From contig NC_133620.1 of assembly GCF_048593235.1 (NCBI RefSeq), positions 117,988,852-118,052,851 of the forward strand: DNA of 64,000 nt, written 5' to 3'. Below the pieces are notes generated by a model that saw nothing but the letters and a program-made list of their open reading frames with translations, ran no database searches and was not told the DNA's origin. How positions within the stretch are numbered: position 1 is the first letter of the stretch; every line of letters starts with the position of its first letter. Positions 54,197 to 64,000 of this stretch are shown in pieces. Origin of the DNA: Sminthopsis crassicaudata. Lineage: Eukaryota. Both the position numbers and the translations under genes were made by a program.

Positions 54197-57100
54197 TAGA
54201 GGTGGGAATAGGGAAGGTTGACTGGAGAGATTTCAGAAAAGGCAGCAACCTAGTAGCAAACTGTTTTCTTGTATCAGTATCAACAAGTATCATTCATCTG
54301 ATACAAATGGAAACAGAAACAGAACAGAAATATATGCAATCTTAGGTTCCTTGATGCATGGTAATATAAATTGGTTGGATGGTACTGTGTACATGATGAG
54401 TGAAGGGAGGAGAAATAAAGAAATTATTTGTGTGGGAGGTGGGGGGGCAATTGGATTCAAGTGACTTGTACAAGGTCACATGGCCAGTAAACACCCAGAG
54501 GCCCAAATAGTTACCTTGCTCCAAAGGAACCTATGGAGAGGTGATATAATGTATGCATACAAAGATAAAGACTAATATTGTAATAACCAAACTTACAGAA
54601 TGAGGTTTGATGTTCTCACAATTACGCCATAAGGCAGTCCTGTAAATAGTGGACTTGTGTTCCCTGTTTCCTTATCTTTTCATTCCTCTTTTATCTTCCT
54701 CCCTTCCACACACTCTATGATCCAGACATGTCTCCGTGACTTTCCACAGGCTCTTCCACATGCCTAGAATACTCTGCCCCACCCGCACCCCCGCCTCCAG
54801 CTCCTTAGCCTGGCTTCAAGCCTCAGCCCAGAGTCCATCTGCTGCAGGAATCCTTTCCCATTCCCTACAGCTCATAATGCCTTCCCTCTTCAGATTGCCT
54901 TTCATCTATTCTGTATAGATCATGTACATAGATCATGTTCATAACTATTTATTTACATGTTTCCCTCATGAGAATATACTAATAATCCACAGTAGGGATT
55001 ATTATTATTATTATTTTGGCTTTTCTTTGTATCCCTAGCACTTAGCCTGGTGGCTGGTATGTAGTTAGCCCCTGAAAAGTTGAGGACTGTCCATATGACT
55101 GCTACATGATGAACGATCTATTTTTCAGAGCACCTTGTATATCTCTCAATCACTTATTATTTCTTTATATTGGTGCACATGTTTTATCTGCTCTCCCAGA
55201 TCTATAAGTTCCACGAAGACAGAGACATATTGTATTACTCTCTTACCTACTACAGCATCTAAAGCAACCCTTGCACATAGTGAGTCCTCAATAAATGAGT
55301 ACTAAATAAACATTAGAATTCAGAAAACGGAGAGATCACTGTAGCCTATTGTGGTCGAGGAACTTGTCTTGAAGATTGGAATAATTTAGGAAAAAGGTTT
55401 TATCCAGGAAAGGAGATGAAGGCCAAATCTGTAAACTGCCTTGAGGAAAAGGAGTTTCTTTACATGGAACTCCAGAAGCAACAACTGAAACAAGGGGACT
55501 AGGAAAGAATGCCAGGACATGATACCGGGAACCTATCAAGCCACAACCACATGAGTTTCCCCAAAAAAGTAAGTCTCTTCTCTGGAAGTATCTTCAGTCT
55601 TGTTTTCCACCCATCTTCCTGGGCTTGAACCAGAGAAAAACTTCTACCTTATATCCTATAGCTGAAAATCTAACTAGGACCCCCCTGCCACAGTTAGGTC
55701 CAAACAAGATGGCTAAAGGCCCAAACTCAGTACTCCTCATCTCTCAGACTCAAAGAGGGATGAACTCTCCTCCCCACTCCAGGGAATTCTTGTCCCACGT
55801 TGAACCCCAGAAGAGCCCCAAGCTTGTGAGGAATCTGGGAGAGGCAGCTGAAACACAACTAGATAGTTTTAGTAAGTGAACCCATTGATCCCCAATTAAG
55901 AGGTGGAAGGAGAACATAATGAAGGGATGAAAATTGTTGAGAGTATCTGAAGTAAGTGGGAATACTTCAGAGGGAATTTTTTCATTATTCAGCATGGGTT
56001 GGGGAGGGAGAAGTGATAAATAGGAGGGAATGATTGTAAGGGCAACATCAGGAAAGTTGTTTTGAAGGAGAACTTCCATTTCTATTATCCATTTGCAGTT
56101 CTATTTCCACACCATTTGTAGGCTCGTTCTCAGCTCCTTGGTTTAGATTCAAATAAGATCATTGTTGGGTTTTTTTTTTTTTCCATTTTCCCTATAATAC
56201 CAGTGTTGGCCATCAATGACATAATAAGTTTTGCACTGGTCTGGAGAAAATCTCTAAGATGACATCTGACTGGCCCAGAAAAACTTCCAAACAGATGACT
56301 GCAACGTCCTTCTTAGATGTGGCTGGGGAAAGCCAAGATCTAAGGCAGAACAGGGAAGTGAGGAATAACCAGCTGAAAGGGTTTAGGGAAAGCACTGTTC
56401 CTAAAACAGGAGGAAAGAAAGATTAACAAACAGTATTAAACAAATTCCCCAGGGAAAACCTTATATGGGGATAGGGGCAGAGAATTTAAGGGAGCCTAAG
56501 GAAGAGAAGGATTAAGAAGTAACTGTCAGCTCTGTGGAAAACTAGTCACAGACCAGATACCCATTGTGCAATATGCAAAACAATATACATAACTATTTAT
56601 GTGCACACATGCTGCCTCCTCATCATATATACAGATACAACAAGACAAAGGGAAAACACTGGATTTGAGAATCAGAAGATCTGGATTACTGTACAAGTCT
56701 AAGTATCCTTTTCTATAAAATGAAGGGTTGGATTAGATATAGGGTTCTTATTTTTTGTGTGTCATGAACTCTAGTCATCTGGGGAAATCTATGAACCCCT
56801 TCTCAGAATAATTTATTTTCTTTTAAGAAAATTTATTAAGAAAACACTAGATTTTAGTTAGAAATTAAAGAAAATATATAATTCCTCCCCATATAAATTC
56901 ACACACCTTCTGAAATCTACCACGGATCCCTTGGGAAATCTGTGGGCCCACATTAAGAACACATTGATCATTGGGGTTTCTTAAATTTTTCATTCATGAC
57001 CCCTTTTTACCCAAGAAATTTTGATGTGACTCTGGTTACATAGATATATAAAATACATATACAAATCAAACATATACTGATAATAAATAAAAATTTCATA

Positions 57101-57592
57101 ATTCCCCACTTCAGTTACTCAACCCCATATGGAGTCTCAATTCATAGTTTAAGAAGCTTTGGATTACATGACCTCAAAAATACTTTTCTAAAGCAGGTAG
57201 GTGATGCAGTGGATAAAGTACCTTGTCTGGAGTTAGAAAGACCCGAATTCAAATGTGACCCTAAGCAAGTCAATTCTATTTACCTCAGTTTCTTTATCTG
57301 TAAAATGAGCTGGTGAAGGAAATGGCAAACAACTCCCAAATGGGATCACAAAGACTCAGACATGATTGAAAACTGAACAACAAAGCTCCTTCAAGATCCC
57401 AAAGCTATAGGAGATGAATATGGTATTATTTAGATATGTAACTAATGTTTGAAAAGGGTACCCAAAACAGACTATTTTCTGAACTGCCAATCTACCCCTT
57501 AGAGTCTGGGAGATGATGGCAGCTAGGAAACTGAATGGAATATTTCTGAATTGTCATTTTCCATATTATTACCTGAAATGTAGAACTGCCCT

Positions 57593-58224
57593 TGATGTGA
57601 TTTAGGAGGGCAATTGCTGATTCCAAATGATTTGTTTGGGGTTCAGCGCCAAATGAAGAGAGTGATGTAGGCACCAAATGTTGGGTTTAATCATGTGAGC
57701 AATTCATAATGACTATTCTCTTTTGGCAAAAGGTAGGTTTATTTATGAAAAGAGGTTGCAAAATGAAAAGATACAATAGACCCCAGGAATGGTAAATATG
57801 AAATAGAGTTAGAGAGAACATATAATTAACAAGGAAAGGAATCTTAACAATTAATGATGAAAAGACAAGTTCTCCATTAGAACTCACAATTAGCTAGGAG
57901 AAAGGAAACACCCTATACGATTGCAATATGCCCTTAGCTGGCAGGCTAAATCCTAACATTTAGAGCCCTAAAAGAGTTAGTTAGCTATAAGAAGGAAGAA
58001 AAATTAGAGGCATGGTGGGGGCTGAGAGAAGAGATACCAAGTGGCATGAGGGAGCAGGGAAGAGAAAGATACCACAAAGCAGAGTACAGTGGCATCTATA
58101 ACTCCAAAAGGGACTCAGAAAATTTGGATAGTGTGATCCATAGACAGAGGTTTGACATAACTTGGATTTCTGACTGGATGACCTCCACAAAGGTGAGCTG
58201 ATAAGGTTAAACTGAACCCCATCA
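57593..58224 (-). mobile_element. Solo ERV LTR, 632 bp
   Basis: TGATG...CATCA termini. Internal minus-strand AATAAA near 57735-57740. Imperfect flanks (tgccct / atgcct). Confidence 0.7.
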
Positions 58225-59087
58225 ATGCCTTTCCCTGCTTGCTTCAGGGAGCTATTCCATCAATACTTCAGTCTTTCTCTGACAATTCTGCTTCCTTGCT
58301 CAGAACCTCATCACCTCCTAGTACCTTTCAAAGGTTGGGAGGAATATGAACTTTTAAGAAACAGAAGGCTGTGTGAGAGGACAAACAGTAATTTAAAAAA
58401 TAAATTGATTGGCTGCCTTCCCCTTCCTCCCATTTGCCCTGCAGATTTTCATTTTTCCTTCCTAAATCATACAGAGAAAGGTAACATTTAGCTATATAAC
58501 TGGGTGAAGCCAGGATGGGTGACTACTAGGTGAGAAAGCAGCAACTAACTGACTATGGGAATTAAAACTGCTGGATTGAGTGGTCAAGGCAGCTGCTGCC
58601 CCATGTTCTTCCTAAGAAGCTATTTGGGAGAAGGATGTAAAGTTCAGTAGCTGGGATTGGGAGGTTCTTGTCCATCATATAGCTCCTGGGACCTGCCTTC
58701 TGCGAGTGGCAGCAAGAAAGACAGGCTAGACTGGGAGAAGAGTTGAATGGGGAGCTAGTCTAGGGGGATTATGTGTAGATTGAGAGGAAAACCAAAGCAA
58801 ATTTCAAAAATCTCAGCTGCTGGTGATAAAAATATTATAGCACAACCTCTCTACTTCCTAAGCCCTAACTGTTCCCCTTTTCTCATGTTTTTTATTCTTC
58901 CATTTCAGGAACCAGTGAGTAGCTCTGGACCCTAGCATTGCCCTTTATTCCCTTTCTGTAACAAAGTGGAGGAGGAAGTTCAAGAATCTATTAATATAGG
59001 CACAAGGAAATTCTTATATTTTTGATATGCTAATTAAACTCAACAGCCACTAAATATTCTTTGTTTAAGTCTTATAAGTGTAGTTGC

Positions 59088-59352
59088 ACTATCTACCCAG
59101 GTTACTTATACCTTCAGAATCCAATACTTAACGTGCAACAAGAAAATTGGATTTACACACATATATTATATCTAGGTTATACTGTAACACATGTAAAATG
59201 TATGAGATTGCCTCTCATCTAGGGGAGGGAGTAGAGGGAGGGAGGGGAAAATCTGGAAAAATGTTATAAAAAATTACTCATGCATATATACTGTCAAAAA
59301 TGTATAATTATAAAATTAATAATATATATATATACATATATATATATATAAA
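59088..59352 (+). mobile_element. Very short young L1 3' UTR insertion with a (TA)n tail
   Basis: Same family as 1168-1579. Perfect 14-bp TSD ATAAGTGTAGTTGC at 59074-59087 and 59353-59366. Confidence 0.92.
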
Positions 59353-59389
59353 ATAAGTGTAGTTGCTAGCAAACAAAAAAACAAATTTT

Positions 59390-60018
59390 CCAGAGGCATG
59401 GTAAAGGACAAGAGCCATAGATTCTATATTAACATCTGAAAATGATGTGCCAGCACCATGGCAGGAAACGGAATCATTTCCATTGAAATTATCTTAAGAA
59501 GATTTTGAAGATCACCTGGCAGGACAAAATACCAAACACTGAGATCCTTTCTCGAACTAAACTGCCAAGAATTCCAACTCTACTGTAGAGAATGCAGCTC
59601 CATTGGGCTGGCCACACCATAGAAATGTACACTTGCTAAAAAAGATTACTTTATAAAGAACTCACACAGGGCAAGATTCACAAGGTGGTCAGAAAAAGTG
59701 ATACAAGGAACCTCTTAAGAACTTCAGAATTGATTTTATGACATAGAAGACACTGGCACAGGATTGCCCAGCATGGCATATCCTCATCAGAGAAGATGCT
59801 GTGACTTAGGAGCAAAGCAGAATTGAATTAGCCCAACAGAAATGTGAGATGCGTAAAATTAGAGGAACCATCTCAAATGTTCAAATGGATTATTTGTGTC
59901 TGACCTGTGACAGAGCATTCCTAGCTCATATTGGTCACAGTCTGATACACTGTAACTCAACTCTAACATAGTGACAGCATTTTGGTCCTCTTAGAGAATG
60001 AAGGGCAACAACCAACTA
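59390..60018 (+). mobile_element. RTE-clade LINE 3' fragment
   Basis: Degenerate frame LKKILKITWQDKIPNTEILSRTKLPRIPTLL*RMQLHWAGH, typical of the RTE ORF C-terminus. Ends GAGAATGAAGGGCAACAACCAAC. Confidence 0.75.
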
Positions 60019-61723
60019 ATGTTTCATGTTCTAGTGGAAATTCAGAACCTGAAATTTTATCTTTTCCCAGTTCTTTGAAGAGACAGCTAGATTGGACATG
60101 CTCATTAGCATGATGATATAATGGACTAGACTACATAAAATGATAGCTCTTTCTTTGAAGGATACTAGGAAGATGCTTCTAGAATTATAATGTCACATAA
60201 GGGAAGTTCCTAGGGAAGACTGGAACCTGAGTAGATTTTCTATAGCTGGTTTCAGTTAGCTAAGCAAGTGTTGAAGAGCTCTTTGATTAGTTGTGGAAGC
60301 AGCCTTACTCATTTCTTTAAGATCTAAATGATTCTTTCATTCATGGAATCCAATAAATAGAATGAAGTCTCTGATATTGGGAGCTTTAAAATGTCAGGAG
60401 AGTCAAGTCACAAGAAATTGGGGGTCTGAGCTGAGGCTGGGTTTCTCCTGATGCTGCAGCAATAAGAAACTGCCATCAGGAACTACTTTCAGGACTCCAA
60501 TCCAGTGGAAGGATTCATCCAAAAGTCAGACAGCATCAGAATATAAGCTTAATGGGACCAAGTCAACAAGTCAACAAACATTTATTTAGAGCTTATTCTG
60601 TGTCAAGCAGTCCTGGAAATACAAATGCAAGCAGAGAGAAAGTCCATGTCCTCAAGAAGCTTACATTCTAATGGGGGAAGCCAACATATCAAAGAAAATT
60701 GAAAAGTTATGGAGAGACCAATGCTTTGTATTTTGTAAGCTAAGTTTTTTACCTACTCTCACAGAAATCAAGGGGTATTGGAGGAAATGTCTGTATACTC
60801 ATCTTTGCTATATCCTTGAAGTAAATATTCCTTTGTAAAAGTGACCTGATGGCAAGTGACTAAATGGAACTGGGGATGGTATGGCTCTCTGACAACAAAG
60901 GAGAATACAGCAAGTGTGGCCTCAAGCTAATGGCAATAGAGGAAAAGCCACCCACAAGCCCTTCAGTGAACCCTAGAATTCTGAGTTCCTGGTTCCAGGA
61001 GAGAGATCCAGAACACACTTGCTACAATGAAAATCAGTCATCCAACACACAGCTCATGTGCTACATTCAGCCTGCAGCAATCCCAATTGTGGCAGAAATA
61101 GATTAAAATGCAATTGGAAAATATTTAGGAAGATCATAAAACATATATATGAAATATTATACTTTAAAACTGAGTCAAGAGGAGGCTTACAGGTATCCTT
61201 ACATACAGTTAGGGAATCCCATTTTTATTTCACTTTGCCATCACTGATTTAGCACTTGTCAAAGGAATCTTAAGTGAGTAACTGGGTTGGTGAATGGAGT
61301 AGAGCACCACCTAATGAGCAAAATTACAAATTACATTCACATTGAATGATCTTGTAGGCTCACTCTTGTAGTATGACAAGTTTTATCTGGCACACCTATA
61401 GAATATACACCCAACCTGCTCCTGCATCATAAAAATAAATATTAGAAGCTGCTGATCCTCACCAAGGATTAGGCCATAGAGTAATAGGATCTGAGTTCAA
61501 ATTTGACCTCAGATACTTAACTAGCCCTGTGATTGAGCAAATCACTTAACCTTGATTGCCTCCTTCTCCCCCAAAGGAAAATATAGAAAACAAATGAATA
61601 AAGAAATTTTTAGACAAAAAGGCATAACGGTGGATTATAAACTCCCTGAAGAAAGAGACTTCTCTCTCTTTTTTTTTTTTTTTTTTGGTCTTTATATGTC
61701 TAGAGTTGAGCACAATATCTTGT

Positions 61724-62247
61724 GTCAAGAGGGTGGATCAGGAAGCCAGATGGCAAACAGAGAAGCCAATCAAGATAGTCTGGGAAAGATTAACATCTTA
61801 ACTTATGGTAATAAGATAGTCTGAGAAAACTAAATTTCTATCAAGGTTTTAATAGTTATCTATTAAGCACACTACCAGCTTAGTTTCTCCTAAAGATCTG
61901 CTTATGATAAAAACCTTTGCTAAATTCTCTTCAGGATCAAGCCCACTATGAGGGACTCTCTCTCCCTCTTAGTGCCTTCCCTCTAAAAGCACCGTTCTCC
62001 TTATTCTATCGAACTCTAGACAATGCTAGACAATAGTTTTCTTCTACCTCATAGAATACTTCCTTTCTTCTGGTTAATTATCAGTTCCCCCAAGAAACTT
62101 GTCCTTTTTCCTTTTCTAACTATATATTCTTCCAACTCTATTTCATACTTAGAATTCCTGGTGTCTATTGTATTCCTTCATTTTGACTGAAACCCCTTCC
62201 CCTAAATAAATCTACCTTTTGTCAAAGAAAAAAAAAAAAAAAAAAAG
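61724..62247 (+). mobile_element. LTR-derived sequence related to 57593-58224, ending in a polyA tail
   Basis: 62060-62227 aligns by eye to the reverse complement of about 57715-57900. AATAAA at about 62206 is followed about 17 nt later by an A run of about 20. The 5' boundary is uncertain. Confidence 0.6.
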
Positions 62248-62809
62248 ACTGACAAATTGACAAGAGTACTGAACTCGGTGTCAGAAAACCTGTATTTAAA
62301 TTATGACTTCTTATTGATCTGTTTAAAGAAGGCTTTCAACCAAAAATGCATAAAAAAAAAAAAATGCAGAACAAATAAATAAATAAATAAATAATCTACA
62401 TATAATTACTAATTGGAAGGATTAGACGTATTCTGCTTGGCTCCAAAGGGGCCTTAAGACTTAACAGATGGTAGGAGTTATAGGAAGATAGATTTAATTT
62501 AATTGGACAAGACTTTCATGCCAATTTTACTGGTTTATTCCTAAACTGATGGTGGAACCTGCAGGCTGGTTTTCAAAATGGATACTCCTGATCAGAATAT
62601 AAATTTTAGAAGTGGTGTTTGGAGCTTAAGTTCCTTCAGGAGTAAAGCCAGAATCCCCAATCAGTTTCTTCATTCAAAATGGGGATAATAAGAGTGCTAT
62701 TTATCTCATAGGAGTGCCCTTTGTAAATTACAAAAGGATATTTCATTGTGAGATATCCAAAGAAAGAGGGTATAGTTGATGAGGTTCGACGCAGGGCAGG
62801 GCAGGGAGT

Positions 62810-63401
62810 TGTGGGAACCCCCTTCTGGTCGGCGGTGGTCCTTTATAAATAAATTTAGGAACCCGAAAAGTTAAACTGGCAAAAGAAGTTTATTATTAGA
62901 ACTGAGAAGTCAGCTTTTGAAGGCTGACTTCCTTAGTGGCAGGGTCCCAACAGAGAAGTAAAGATCTAGCAGAGAAATCCTGACAAAGGGATATAAAGTC
63001 TTGTTAGGGAAATAGGTGAGAGAGATAAAGAGGGAGTAACGTTGAAAAGAGAATGTCTTTTCAGCAGGCAGAGGGTCTCAGCTGTGCCAAGGAGGGAGAG
63101 AGGTTCCTTGGCATGATTCCTGTTTTTGGCCCTCTGCAAGAAATTGAGCTGAAGGAAGCTTGTTTTATGGGGAGCTCTTGTTGGGGGCTGGGAGCAGTTT
63201 GAGTTGAAATCAGAATAGAGAATCTTCAAATTGAATGAATGTCCCCGACTAATCTCCAGCTCAGTAGAGGTCCATATCTAGCTCTAAATAGGAGTGGTTC
63301 TGGACTCAACTAGTTCCACCCAGATAACAGAATGAAACCACTTTATCTTGATTCCCTGAGGTGGGTCTCTCTGGGGAGAAATTCTCTGAGGGAATTTCTC
63401 A
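62810..63401. mobile_element. LTR-like element
   Basis: TG...CA bounded segment with ERV-LTR-like composition and a minus-strand AATAAA near 62888-62893. No TSD found. Confidence 0.4.
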
Positions 63402-63459
63402 AGCATTCCCCCCAAAGTCAGAGAGAAAGTAAGTGAGTTTCAAGGCTACCCTCATCATT

Positions 63460-63900
63460 TCGATATGTACAAAAAATTCATACTGCATTTTTTTTTTTAA
63501 TTGTAGCAAAGAATTGGAATGTAAGATGAGGTAAGACAAAAATTGGGGAGTGGCTGAATAAAACATGGCATAGGAATGCAATAGGAATGTTATGGCATTG
63601 TAAAAGATTATTCTGAAAAACCTGAGCAGGCTTGTATGATCTGATGCAGAGGGAACTGAGCAGAATCAAGAGAATAATTTATATAGTAACTAAAATATTT
63701 AAAAAAAAAAAAAAAAAAAAAGGCAACTCTAAAATACCTAAGAACATTGGACCAGAGGATTGACCAACTTCCTGGAGCACAGATGATGAAATATGCTTCT
63801 AATCTTCTGATAGAGAGAAGATAAACTAGAAATAGAGAATGAAACATACATTTTCAGATATGGACATTGCTTCATAATACTCTTTGTTATAAGAAAGGAG
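63460..63900 (+). mobile_element. Old LINE-1 3' fragment
   Basis: GTAGCAAAGAATTGGAA...TTGGGGAGTGGCTGAATAAA...CTGATGCAGAGGGAACTGAGCAGAATCAAGAG resembles the other L1 ORF2 ends in this window. Confidence 0.65.
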
Positions 63901-64000
63901 TTTTAAAACTAGCAGTGTGAGAATTGGGGAAAGGAGGGCTAGCGATTCATTTATTCATCAAATAATTAGTAGTGATTCCCCCCCTAAAAAAGTAAAAGAA

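Noticed and set aside
57620-57685. Minus-strand CATTTGGCGCTGAAC as a retroviral primer-binding site implying internal provirus
   Set aside because: It lies inside the TGATG...CATCA boundaries, is one of three CATTTGG repeats, and no gag sequence follows. Treated as U5 of a solo LTR.
60864-61106. 80-aa ORF MELGMVWLSDNKGEY...
   Set aside because: No recognisable homology, promoter or splice context. Length is within chance expectation.
53400-64000. B4GALT3, expected next by human synteny
   Set aside because: No CpG island or glycosyltransferase exons seen. It presumably lies beyond the window.

Overview
Marsupial genomic DNA, most likely a dasyurid such as the Tasmanian devil, judged from the L1, WSINE-like and OC1-like repeats. 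It is a short-read-type assembly with 4 N-gaps. The window is the orthologue of human 1q23.3 in reverse orientation. In order it holds: the 5' part of TOMM40L (minus strand, coding exons 1-3), complete APOA2 (plus, 100 aa), complete FCER1G (minus, 85 aa, about 22 kb first intron), complete NDUFS2 (minus, 14 coding exons, one apparent +1 frameshift) and complete ADAMTS4 (plus, 9 exons, 834 aa). Exon structures were worked out by hand from splice sites and translation; most are missing from the ORF track. The most unusual signals are: (1) an inverted, intron-containing fragment of late TOMM40L exons inside an early TOMM40L intron; (2) the large TE-driven expansion of FCER1G intron 1, including two nested L1 stacks with readable target-site duplications (TSDs); (3) an OC1-like hAT MITE, a family known for horizontal transfer; (4) an LTR copy that ends in a poly(A) tail just after its own AATAAA. 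I found no convincing new protein-coding gene. All comparisons to human genes and repeat consensus sequences are from memory and need alignment.
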